In this document: positions 1 through 11,399 of the stretch, piece after piece
How positions within the stretch are numbered: position 1 is the first letter of the stretch
Layout of the letters: the number at the start of each line of letters is the position of its first letter
Source of the DNA: Macrostomum lignano
Taxonomy: Eukaryota
Reading direction: 5' to 3'
Assembly (NCBI GenBank): GCA_002269645.1
Contig: NIVC01000465.1
Coordinates: forward strand, 69,404-133,403
Length of the DNA: 64,000 nt
Translations under genes and position numbers: made by a program
Notes under the pieces: generated by a model
The model's database searches: none
Seen by the model: the letters and a program-made list of their open reading frames with translations, nothing else
What the model was told of the DNA's origin: nothing

Positions 1-45
1 GTGTTGCAGATGTATTCGGCATTAAATCTTAAATAAACTGAAAAG

Positions 46-2589
46 TTATGATTTCCAATAGAGTAATGCACACGCGCACGCAGCAATAAGTATGGCAGTA
101 TATACGCCCCTGTGGTTCTTAAAATGAGCATTTAAAGCAATAAGAATTGTACATCGTGGCACTTCATTTTTTGCGCAGCAGAACACGTAAAGACAAAACC
201 AGAGACCAATTGTGCCTATCTCCTTCTTCCAAACACCCTCGCTTTCCTTGTCATGATGGCTCAGTTGTGGATTGACAAGTAGCGATTCGCAGCGGCCTCG
301 CACTATGGCCTTCAGACGGACTTCAAGATAGCTTAGAGCAGTTGCTTTTTCAGCAAGCTTATTAAGCAGCTTTTTTAGCGTTTCAGGATCGTTTATGTCC
401 TCTGCCTCTTCTGTCAATTGATAGATCTCCTCTTCTTTTTTTTCGAAAACTTCCTTCAGCTTTTCGAATGCATGATCCGATCGTTGCAGTGCGCATGGCA
501 GGTCTTTAACGTCCTTATTATCCTCACCCCAAATCATATTTTCCAACAACTCATCACGCTTCCAACGTCCGTCATATTCACCTTCAATAGTTATTTTTGG
601 CACTAACGGCTGGGCAAAAATTTTTTTGATTGCAGCAAACTTTCGAAACCACTCCGGCACCTTGTCGCTGAATTGTCCGTTCAGCACAGAATAGAAATAC
701 CACAGAATGCCGTCTCTGGGCATGTGGTTCATTTTCAGCGGAATGCCAGTTAGATCGACGTCGAAGTCTTCGACAAGCGGAAGATTTAGTTGCAGATCCG
801 GCGTTCCGTCGTGCAGCAGCATCAGAAAAGCAAACCACACGCCAGCAGCATCTAAGTGCCGTCTGAACTCGCCATAGTGCTTGCTGGTCAGCCTGTTGAA
901 CTCGGGGCTCACCAGGAAAGCCTCCAGACGACCGCGGACAATGGCTGCCGCTTTCTGCATCATCAAATCAATACGTTCGTCACTGATTTCTGAGCGCTTG
1001 GCTGAGATCCTGAGAGACTTTCCGGCTTTGATGATTGCCTGGAAGTATTCTTTACTTTCTTCATTAGTTGGCTGGTCTTTCTCCTTTGGTTGAAACTTAA
1101 AGTCACGCAACATCTGTCTAAGATCTTCAAAGACCTCATTTTCCCGCTCTTTGTACGCACTCGTCAGAAAACCAATCACTTCGCTGCGAATTGCTTTAGT
1201 TGTTTTTTCAGCATGTTCAGGTTTCAGGCCCAGCTGACTGCAGTATTCGATTGCGCTGACCTCAACAATCTCTCCAGATGTAAGTTTCCAGATATCGTGT
1301 ATCTCATAGGGCCGACTAGCATGATAGCGAATGTCGTAGCCACCGTCAAGCCTCACCTGAGGAACCAGGCGCTGGGCGTACTTCGTTTTCACATCTTTGA
1401 GTAAGTAATTACTGAGACCGGCTACATTCCGAAGCAGCGAGTGAAAATACTGCAATATTTGCTCTCTCGGCAACTGATAGGTCGGCATGTAGGGCGTCAC
1501 AATTGGATCAACGTCGAGTTCTTTCATGTAAATATTGTAGGTGAGGATGCCGGGCTCAATACCTGCTGCTAGATTCAGCTGTTTCTTAGGATACTCCTTA
1601 TCCTTCGTAGTAGTAGTAGTAGTAGCAGTAGTAGCAGTAGTATCAGTAGTAGTATTAGTAGTAGTAGTACGACGTATTTTGAGCTTAAACTCAAGTGGCT
1701 GATCATCCGTCAGAGTTTTCAGAATCTCATTTTTCATATTGCCACTTTTCTCCGGCAAGGTAACAAAAGTGCGCGCGCAACATGTAAGTTTCGTCCGTCC
1801 ATCTGGGTTTCTGTGTTCACTGGTTTTCATCTTTATTTCATTCGAGTTGAGCCAGCTAGCAACAAGATAAAGTTCCTCATTTATTTCTAGTTGGGCCGTA
1901 GTGACAGTGAAGTTGAGTTCAATTCGAGCCACAGATGGCGGTGTAACCTTTGTTGTTCTATCAGAGCCAATTTGGAGATGAAATATATAGTAGTGTCGAA
2001 ACAGTTCGAAGCTTTGCACCTTTAGGATTACTGAGTAATTACTTCCGTTAATTCCGATGCAAAGATCTTCACCGTCGAATGTCTTGAGCTGTGATGAAAT
2101 TCGGTCAACTCGGAGAAGAAATTCTGCGTTCAAGCAGTCTACACCGCCAAAAGAACTAGTCACTGGTTTTTTAGTGATTTCCAAAGGATAAGAGCTCAGA
2201 GACTCAGAGGTGCAGCTGATCAGCAGTCTCACAGGTAGCACAGGAGTACAAACAATTTGGTCTGTCTCTTCAGAGATGTAAAGGATGAACTCGGTGATAT
2301 TGTGCATGAACTTAGGCTTGAATTCCCTCTTAAGTAACAACGTTCGCTGGGCGGCGCTTTTATCTTCTTCTGCATTGGCGTCGGCATCGCGCGTTTTAAC
2401 CTTATTGATCTTTTCAAAAATTTCAAAAGTTACTTCTTTAAAATAAATGTCACCTTTATTCGTTTTTTTCGATTTATTCGCTTCCTTCCTCGATAGTAAG
2501 AAGTTGACTTCCAAAGGCTTGTGCTTTGTAGGTTCAGACGTGTTCCATTTAGCAAAGTTTTTATCACTCTCTGATGCCGTGCAGGTCAT
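46..2589 (-). CDS. Uncharacterised 847-aa protein; long single exon, possibly the last exon of a larger gene; internal duplicated motif and hydrophobic C-terminus
   Basis: 2.5-kb stop-free, non-repetitive ORF with protein-like composition. The frame stays open upstream to about 2740, with a possible acceptor (ttacag) near 2725. No family recognised. Confidence 0.75.
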   Translation of the reverse strand: MTCTASESDKNFAKWNTSEPTKHKPLEVNFLLSRKEANKSKKTNKGDIYFKEVTFEIFEKINKVKTRDADANAEEDKSAAQRTLLLKREFKPKFMHNITEFILYISEETDQIVCTPVLPVRLLISCTSESLSSYPLEITKKPVTSSFGGVDCLNAEFLLRVDRISSQLKTFDGEDLCIGINGSNYSVILKVQSFELFRHYYIFHLQIGSDRTTKVTPPSVARIELNFTVTTAQLEINEELYLVASWLNSNEIKMKTSEHRNPDGRTKLTCCARTFVTLPEKSGNMKNEILKTLTDDQPLEFKLKIRRTTTTNTTTDTTATTATTTTTTKDKEYPKKQLNLAAGIEPGILTYNIYMKELDVDPIVTPYMPTYQLPREQILQYFHSLLRNVAGLSNYLLKDVKTKYAQRLVPQVRLDGGYDIRYHASRPYEIHDIWKLTSGEIVEVSAIEYCSQLGLKPEHAEKTTKAIRSEVIGFLTSAYKERENEVFEDLRQMLRDFKFQPKEKDQPTNEESKEYFQAIIKAGKSLRISAKRSEISDERIDLMMQKAAAIVRGRLEAFLVSPEFNRLTSKHYGEFRRHLDAAGVWFAFLMLLHDGTPDLQLNLPLVEDFDVDLTGIPLKMNHMPRDGILWYFYSVLNGQFSDKVPEWFRKFAAIKKIFAQPLVPKITIEGEYDGRWKRDELLENMIWGEDNKDVKDLPCALQRSDHAFEKLKEVFEKKEEEIYQLTEEAEDINDPETLKKLLNKLAEKATALSYLEVRLKAIVRGRCESLLVNPQLSHHDKESEGVWKKEIGTIGLWFCLYVFCCAKNEVPRCTILIALNAHFKNHRGVYTAILIAACACALLYWKS

Positions 2590-2872
2590 TTTTTTAGTTT
2601 TTACATTGTTTTTATTAGTGCCAACTTCAATAGAAATTTCTCTGTCCGTTTCACGTCCTTCATCATCACGGTGAATTCGTTTTAATCTCGCAAGGACATG
2701 CAGCTTGCACGGGATCTTATTGTCCTGTAATTCGGTTGTTTAAAATAATTTCTATGTAAACAGATGTTTTGATTTATGATATAGTAGTAGTTACATTGTT
2801 TTTGTAAATCAGGTTTGAAACGAGAATAATATGCGAGTTTTCCCTTAAATATACAAATATAGCTATTATAAC

Positions 2873-3291
<419 letters not shown>

Positions 3292-4379
3292 GTGGAGGAG
3301 AAGGAGGAGGAGTAGTGGCAAAACTTATCCTGATGTTATATACAACTTCCTACCTTGTTACTTTCCTACCTTGTTGCACAAATCAGTAATTACTGCCGAT
3401 GTATTTACCTCATCCGAATTTGCCGCCATGCTCCCCGAGAACGAATCTCGTTGGAGGAGGCACCGGGATTACGAACAATTAGCTATGGAAGTTTGATGGT
3501 GCTTTGTTAAAATTTATTTGAAAGTAAGACAAAGCAAACTTGGCAAGGTTTCAAAACCAAGCTTCAAATTTGGACTCTGAGAGTTAGAAAGCTGAAAGAG
3601 AATTTAGAGAGCCTCAGGAGAAAGAAAAAAACAGCAAATAATTAAGAGGCTCACAAGCGGAGACAAGACTAAATATGTAGAATAGCGCACGTGCACGCGC
3701 AGGCTGCAACAGGCTCCACCAACCCCACACGCACCAACCCCAGCCGCCTCATCACGCAGATTAAGCGCCCTTTACCCACAGACCATGCAATGAGTATAAC
3801 TAAACTGCGCATCCAGCATTGCTTGCCTGGGCTCGTTTTTTGACAAAATGACAAAGCAGAAAAAATGGTCCTCTCTACCCAAGCTCCTTGTTACTGACAC
3901 AATAGCTGGGAATGGCTGCCACTCTAAGGTAAATGCGTGTGGGGAGCTTCCGTCCAGTGATGCTTTTTTAGGAGGTTCCTGGTCTGGGGGACAGACTGCC
4001 TGAAAGCCTGACTCACGAAGCACACTCTCCGCCACAATGCCTTGGACTGTTTGCCTTGCAGGCTGCCCCTTAAATCAAACCCACAATGCTTATCCAAATT
4101 TTTTCCCAAGAGCCCGTTTCAGTAAAAACTTTAGATAATGCATTGCACGTCACATATGCTCACTCAACTCGAGCAACCCCGGAATCTGGAGTGAATTTCC
4201 ACAGCTATACCTTCCGGCAGTTTGGGGTGGGGGAGCGGTGGCAGATTTCAATGCGAATTTTTGTCCTGCTTTTTTGTCCAAACCGCAGTCTACGCTCATA
4301 GTACTTTTTCTTGGTTTGATGTGGCCCGCCACTTCCCTCCAAAAGAAAATGACGCATACCATACACTGCCATTGCGCAT

Positions 4380-5985
4380 TTCTTCTTCTTCCATTCGGGC
4401 GCGCTCGGGCCAGAGCCCATGGCACCGGGCGTCAGACAGCACCCGCCTTCCCGAGGAAGTTCAGCACCGCGACGGCGACGCAGTTCTCGAAAACTGCCCC
4501 GGGCTCCCCCCAGAGGCGGCAGCGGTGTGGAGTCAGGGCGGGACAGGAGATCAGCAGATGGGCCGCCGTCTCCTCCATCGCTGCAGAAGCGGCAGGTGGG
4601 GGCCACGTCAACGCGCCGATGGCGGCCTGGAAGCCCCGCAGGGCGGGGCAGCGGTCGGCGCGCAGCTGGCAAATCAGCCGCTCCTGCCGCCGCGTGAGGT
4701 CGCTCGTCGGCGGAGGCGGCAGGCGGCCCGACATGCAGGCATGGTGCCAGGCAAGCGAGCTCGTGCTCGCCGCCTCGGTGGCCGCCGCATTGTAGGTCTG
4801 GTGCCAGCGGGCCTGCGCGGCAGCCAAAGGAACGGGCGCGGTGCCTTGCCCCAGCGTGGAGCCTTGCTTGGCGATCTCGTCCACGGCCTCGCTGCCGGGG
4901 ATTCCCGCGTGGCCAGGCACCCACTGCAGGTGGACCGAGGTTCTCCGGGCCACGAGGTCGGCGAGGCTGGCCCAGACGGCGTCGATCATGGTGGCGCCCG
5001 TCGACCCGGGGCCGGACGCGAGTGCGGTAAGCGGCGCACTTGTTTGGCGCCAGCTCCATCCGCCACTCGCTTGCCCAGTCAGAGACCGCGTCGATCGCAG
5101 CCTGCGCCTTCGTCTCGGCCTCCTCCACGGTCAGGCCTTGCACTGCGATGGCCAGGTCGTCGGCGTAGAGGAACGGCGTGCAGTCGGACGGCAGGTGGTT
5201 AGGCGTTGATGTACAGCGCAAAGAGCAGAGGGCAAGGACACTCCCCTGTGGCAGGCACTCGCGGAAAAGCCGCCAGCTGCTCAGCGCGCCGTCCACCCTG
5301 ACGGCAGCACGGCGATCGGCCAGGAAGCTGCTGAGCCAGCATTCCCCGGCCGCTGGGATGCCGGTGTTGTGCAGCTTGTACAGCAGGCCCTGCTTCCAGA
5401 CGGTGTCGTACGCCCGCCGGAAGTTGAACAGGACGACGACCGTCCACCTGGCAGGGGCCGACTGGTGGCTGTCACTGATGAGCTGGGTGAGCCGGGCAAT
5501 CTGGTCCTCGGTGCTGCGCCGCTTGCGGAAGCCGGCTTGGGCGGTGTGCAGCAGGTGCCGGGACTTGGCCCACCAGTAGAGCCGCGCTTGAGCCAGCCGC
5601 TCGGCCAGCTTGGCCAGGGTGGAGGTGAGGGCAATCGGCCGGTATGAGCCGATCTCGTCGGGCGGCTTGCCCTTCTTGAGGATCGGCACGGCGCCACGCC
5701 GCGGGGACCTCCCCCTGGGTCCAGGACGCGTTGATCAGCAGCAGGACCGCCCGGCGGCCGGCAGCGCCGAGGTGCTGCAGGTGTTCGGCGCAGATCTCAT
5801 CGGGTCCTGGGGCCTTCCTGGCCGGGAGGGAGCGGAGAGCCCTGTCCTGCTCGCGGTGCGAGAACGGCTTTTCAAAGTCTCTGCTCCCATGGCTGTCAGC
5901 GCCGGCTCGCGAAGCGCTGCTGCGAAAGTTCTCGCGGCGGAGGTCTCGCGTCCTGTGGTCTTACGGGAGGCGGCTGACGGCGGCA
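4380..5985 (-). mobile_element. Decayed, 5'-truncated non-LTR retrotransposon with RT and RNase H (Ingi/I-group-like)
   Basis: RT motifs KAPGPD, PILKKGKP..SYRPIALTS, QAGFR, PQGSVL, YADD. RNase H C-half VHLQWVPGHAGIPGSEAVDEIAK; C-terminal ETAAHLLISCP knuckle; short (GAA)n tail near 4380-4392. Frameshift near 5690 and internal deletion near 5035. Confidence 0.92.
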
Positions 5986-6017
5986 AAATTCTAAAAAAAG
6001 TTCTAAAGAAAGTTCTA

Positions 6018-6188
6018 AAAAGACTAGCGGACATTCAATTCAGACAATTCAGACTGGGGACAATTTTGTCTATGGCCAAACCTTGCTTCGGTGGCAGAAT
6101 GCTTTGAACTTCGGTTTTTTCTATTGATTTTGCGTAAGCGTTGCCCCAGTCCGAATTGTCTGAATTGAATTTTCGGCTAGTTTTTTTA
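6018..6188. mobile_element. Small element with ~45-bp imperfect terminal inverted repeats (MITE-like)
   Basis: ctagcggacattcaattcagacaattcagactggggacaa (6024-6063) versus the reverse complement of ttgccccagtccgaattgtctgaattgaattttcggctag (6141-6180). Confidence 0.6.
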
Positions 6189-6902
6189 AAAGCTGGACTT
6201 TGATCAAAATGAACGTGAAAAGGTGTAGTTTGTTGCAGATTATCGGTATGATTGAATTTCAGTTCAAATGAAGTGGAAATAATAATAATAATTATTATTA
6301 AAAGCATTTTTAAGTAAAGAAACTTCAACAAAAGAAATAACAAATCAGAAGCGCCAATCGTCATGTCAAAAATAGTAAAGCATCGTGTCAAACATAAAAT
6401 AATAACAAATGTATAGCAAAAAAGACGTCATGTAAAACATAGAAGAAGCGTCTTGTGAAGCAAGAACGAAGAAGCGCCATTTCAAAAATGAAATAAAGAA
6501 ATCAATAAAAATAAAAGATTTATTGGGGGAGGGCTGAAGCATGACATTAGCGCGCACGTGTATTTTTTGGCAAGTGGGGAAACAATTGCGCGCACAGACA
6601 AAAGCGCACAAAAACCACAGTAACTTTACCATAGACATAAGCTAAGACATAAGCGCGGTGGAATTTTTTCGACTATCCGACACAAAGTCAGGAAACTTTA
6701 TTTTCTCTATATTTATTTTTCACAAAGTTGAAATGTTCAGATTTAAAATACTGAAATTTTTTATTTAAAATGGTGAAATGTTTAGTAGCTAAGAATAAAA
6801 CCACATGTTATGCAAGTCTGGGGCCGGGTTTTGATGGTCTGTCGCTGGCTGCAGCTGGTAGTCCGGCACTGGCTGCAGCATTCAGATTGATGCGTCTAGA
6901 AT

Positions 6903-7417
6903 GTGCGCTTGTGCCAGACTCATGCATTTGAGATGCGCGCTTGTGCCAGACTCATGCATTTGAGATGCGCGCTTGTGCCAGACTCATGCATTTGAGATGC
7001 GCGCTTGTGCCAGACTCATGCATTTGAGATGCGCGCTTGTGCCAGACTCATTCATTTGAGATGCGCGCTTGTGCCAGACTCATTCATTTGAGATGCGCGC
7101 TTGTGCCAGACTCATGCATTTGAGATGCGCGCTTGTGCCAGACTCATGCATTTGAGATGCGCGCTTGTGCCAGACTCATGCATTTGAGATGCGCGCTTGT
7201 GCCAGACTCATGCATTTGAGATGCGCGCTTGTGCCAGACTCATGCATTTGAGATGCGCGCTTGTGCCAGACTCATGCATTTGAGATGCGCGCTTGTGCCA
7301 GACTCATGCATTTGAGATGCGCGCTTGTGCCAGACTCATGCATTTGAGATGCGCGCTTGTGCCAGACTCGTGCATTTGAGATGCGCGCTTGTGCCAGACT
7401 CATGCATTTGAGATGCG
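6903..7417. repeat. 32-bp minisatellite, about 16 copies (gatgcgcgcttgtgccagactcatgcatttga)
   Basis: Direct reading; period 32. Confidence 0.95.
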
Positions 7418-9043
7418 ATACAAGTCGAGCGTACGAGCTACACATTACACGAAAACTTTTAAAATGCTTAAAAAAGCATGTATAAAAACACTCGAAACCG
7501 GAAAACTGCTTTTAGTTGTCATCGCAAAAATCTCATATATTTGGCTGTTACGATAATCCAGGGCATCCGCAACACCAGATCTTTCAAACCCGCAATAACA
7601 TAAGTATAACTTTTTTTTCAACATGCTCTACTATGAGTAGTCTGTATGAAAGAATTTTACTTCGGATTTTTCGGAATCAAACTAAGAAAACTACAGAAAT
7701 TTGCCCCGAAACTAAATTGAAAGCCCCTTTGATCAAAACGTTCTACTCTTTTGACATTAAAAGATGAGAAGTATCAAGTTTTTTGCACTAAACTTCATTA
7801 TAACAAATCGGACGTGTTGCAAATGCACTTGTCATAGAATCGGACATAGACTGGAAAATTATATATAATTTCCAATAGAAACACACGATCTGTCGTAGTA
7901 TTAATAATTGTGTAAAAGCAAGAAAGCAAGATGTAAAAGCAAGGTTTCATGGCCTTCACTTCATGGCTGCGAGTCGCCGCGAAAATCATTAATAATTAAT
8001 CCAAATTCACGAAATTTTGTCTATATACTCGTACATATACATCGAACTTTTTAAATGTCACTTCTGACCATGTCAGTGACATTATTGTCGGGATCTTTTT
8101 GCGCGTTGTTTAACCAATTTATGATGGTTTTAAAGTATATTCTACTATTGAATTTCATTTCTTGGCTCTCCAAATGCCTTTGACTCATTCTTTTATCCTT
8201 GACGCACTTGTTCAAGCTCTCATCTACTTTTTGACCGTTTCTTCCTATCGGATCTTTCCATTTCGCGTAAAAACTACCCTTCTTAATTTTAAGCATTCTA
8301 CGTAGCTTGCACGAACTTGTTGGGTACTCCGGTGCTAACACCAACGCCGTTGATTATCGCGGTCTATAATACCTGGTAGCTCGATTCGAAGCACCATGAT
8401 ACAATTTATTATAATGCTGGCCTATAGCTCTAGAATTTATGGGTAAGCATATGTAGGGTAAGATCGTGAAAGAAGCAATAGGGTTTTAGCTTCTGGTCGA
8501 TAGGCCATAACCCAGCCTAGTCTACCTTCAGTCATCCCTTACCCCCCCCCCCTTCCAGCTTGCAGTTAAGTTAGCAAGATGCATTCTGCAAGGGTTTAAC
8601 GAGCGGTTCAGCGTTGGGTATATAGAACATCCTAAGCTGGGACGAAAATATCCTACAACCTTACCGAATGATCCTTTCTGTGCAGCATTCTGTCTGTATC
8701 TCTCTGCCACCACCCGAGCTACCTTCACTGCACTGCCTCGGTGTACAGGCACAGCAAACCAGATAATAGGTAAAACCCCTGGCACATCCCCATGGGATGC
8801 AACAGGAAAGCAACAGTTTATCAGAACGGGCAAACGGGCCAATTCTAGGTCAGCAATAAAAAACGTCTTATTTAAGTTGTTTGCGTCAACTTAAATAACG
8901 AGAACAACCCAACTAAACGAAAGGGAAAACAGGATCATTGTAAGTATTCCTGTAGAAAAAACTATTGCGTTACAATCGATAGCATATAGAATACAAAATA
9001 TTGTCTTCAACTTTCGACATTCAAAGGCTTGCAACCTCGCAGC

Positions 9044-9994
9044 ATGCCTGACGGCGTCAGGGAGCTCTCGCACCACTGGCCGGACAACTGTTCGGACAAG
9101 TTCGAGAACCGTCTAAGATACGGAGTCGGTGCCACCAGGGCAATTGGTTCGCCTGCCATTGTGATTCTGGGCCTTCTCGGGAACGCTCTCACAATTGCAA
9201 TCTTCTCACTGGAGGCTCGGCTGTCGCGATGGAACCGATTTGGTATCTGGTGTGTAGCTCTGGCGATATCGGACTCCAGCGTGCTTATCTTCAGCAGCTT
9301 CATCGACGACTTCCTTGGCAGAGGCTTGGCTCACATTTACGGTAGTGAGGTGCTGAAGCTCGATGCCTCTCATCCGATGAGTTGCCGACTGCTCGAGTAC
9401 ATGCAACACTCGACATTGTTCGCCTCGTCCTACCTGCTAGTGATATTCTCAGCTGACCGACTGCTGACAGTGAGTCAGCCGATGCGAATGATGACTCACC
9501 GGTACGTGACTCAGTCTGTGGCTGCGGCAGTCTCTGTGGCAGTCCTCGGCCTGATTCTCATGTCCCCGGTGATCGCGGTCTATGGACTGGAGACCGCCGG
9601 CTACGAGGATGTCATGTCGTTTAGCTGTCGAATCGCTTTGAACTGCACCGATGGAGGACAGTCAAGCTCAGCAGCAAAGTACATCCTGTACTTTAAAGCA
9701 TTCGGAATATTTGTTGCTCCATGCCTACTGCAAGCGGCACTCAGTGCAGCCATTGTTGCCAAGCTTATTCAGGTGAGACGCTTGAGACGCGACCTGCTGC
9801 CCGGCTCACACGATAAAGACTTGGCGATGTCGCGTTACTATGCCAACCTGGCGGTGTCCATCACCTTCTGTCTGCTGTCGAGTCCGCTCTGCGTAGTGAT
9901 CGTGATGAGGACGGGCTGCGGCCTCTGCGAGCCTCGACCGAGCTGCCGGTGTCACGTCCTTGAACAGGCTGCCAAGCTGCTGGACTCCGTCAAG
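9044..9994 (+). CDS. Class A (rhodopsin-like) GPCR, peptide-receptor-like; exon 1 (TM1-TM6 and start of TM7)
   Basis: GLLGN in TM1, LAISD in TM2, C..SADR in TM3, hydrophobic TM4-6. ATG at 9044; donor aag|GTGCGT at 9995. Confidence 0.9.
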
Positions 9995-10149
9995 GTGCGT
10001 ATACGCTCGATGTTGTCATGCTAGAAAAGCCAAAAAGACGTGATTTTTGAGTACTAGTTCTATTTTTTGTCACTAGTCCAGTGGGCTTCGAGCACTGCTT
10101 GCATCACTCCTTTGAGCTATGACAGAAATAATAGACCAGGTAGATAGAT

Positions 10150-10497
10150 CTACATTACAGCGACATTGTCATTTAACTAGTGCTCAGGCAATTCAGGTCA
10201 TTTCGCTTACTCCAGAGCACATGAGCACTCCTGTGTACAAGTGGTGGGTGCAGTACCATACACAGACACGAACTCATACACACTCACACAGGGAGCATGA
10301 GCTGTCCCGACTTTTTTAATCGTCAGGCAAATGCACTCTGTGCCTATGGGGAGTCGGCCCACATGGATGTCAATCGCAACAACGACAACCCCAGGCCATT
10401 TTTTATGCTCAAGTCCCAAATAAATGTGGAATCGAACCAGCTGGGTCTTGGCGCAAGAGCGTCAGACTCGTTTATCACTCAGCTGCTCTGCCGGGCC
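10150..10497 (-). mobile_element. tRNA-derived SINE inside the GPCR intron
   Basis: Minus-strand head with A-box-like agctgagtg and B-box ggttcgattcc; body resembles the copies at 15040-15265 and 25565-25918. Confidence 0.6.
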
Positions 10498-10638
10498 ACA
10501 ATTCAGGAAGCGTACCCCAGCAAGGAAGTATGCAAGTTGTAATGTACGCAGCTATCATGCAGCATGCTAGGGTACTTCTATCGTTATTTTGAACCAGAAA
10601 AAGCATCTCTACAAACTAATCGATCAACCAAACTTCAG

Positions 10639-10938
10639 GACATCAGCTACGCCATCAACTTCTGGGTCTATCTGATATTCGTTCGCAGCTTCAGGCGTCG
10701 AGTTCAGCTCGCCCTGGCGTTCGCCTTTGTCCGACTCCGCCTTGTGGCGCTCTGCCCGAACTGGTCAGCCAGCCGAGCTGCCGCAGAGATGGTCGACCGT
10801 TTGGAGATGAAGCGCAATCCAGGGGTGTTCCAGTCTCAGGCGGCAGTGGCTGCAGCGGCTCAGGCCACCAGCGGTAGAACGGGCAGTCTGGGCCAACTGC
10901 ACATGCAGATGTTGAAGGAGATCAAAGAGGAAGACTAG
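10639..10938 (+). CDS. Class A GPCR, exon 2 (TM7 NFWVY, helix 8, C-tail)
   Basis: Acceptor cttcag|GAC at 10638/10639, phase 0. The joined SVK|DISYAINFWVYLIFVRSFRRR matches the paralogue's SVKDFNYVLNFWVYLVFVRSFRRR. Confidence 0.9.
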   Translation, partial: DISYAINFWVYLIFVRSFRRRVQLALAFAFVRLRLVALCPNWSASRAAAEMVDRLEMKRNPGVFQSQAAVAAAAQATSGRTGSLGQLHMQMLKEIKEED

Positions 10939-11399
10939 CATAATTGAAGTAGCTTTACTGAACAGAAAAGTCCTAATAAAACTTCGAAATTCTTTGTTCA
11001 AATTCGGTCGATTCGATGTGTTCCTACCGAGAAATAAACGACACGTTCAACTTTCATCTTTGAGTCAATGCAATTTTTTTGACGCGGAAAGCTCAGTGCA
11101 TACGCACTTGAATGAGGTGCAGTTAATGCCAGTAAATTGGACAAAGTAGCTAACATTTAAATTTAAAGCTGCAAACTTGCACTGTGCTATAGTGCTATTC
11201 ATATCATACTACTTTTTTAGTAGGAAGAACTGTCTGCAGTTATTTTCCGAAAGTTTGCATGCTTCTGTCAAGTGAATTCTAATGCTAAATATGTTTGTAT
11301 ACAAAATTTGGTAAAGTACAGAACCGCCTGGGCTACTGACTGCCTCGGGGTGGCAGGGGGGGTCACCGACCTTAACGCTAGGGCTCTAGGAAATCAACG

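Noticed and set aside
4222-6107. Many overlapping GC-rich ORFs on both strands
   Set aside because: Shadow frames of the GC-rich LINE; only the RT and RNase H frames show motifs.
6903-7417. 32-bp repeat of CRISPR-like length
   Set aside because: Units are contiguous with no unique spacers, no cas genes, eukaryotic context.
8051-8344. 97-aa Lys-rich ORF
   Set aside because: TTG start, no recognisable motif or splice support; cannot tell from chance.
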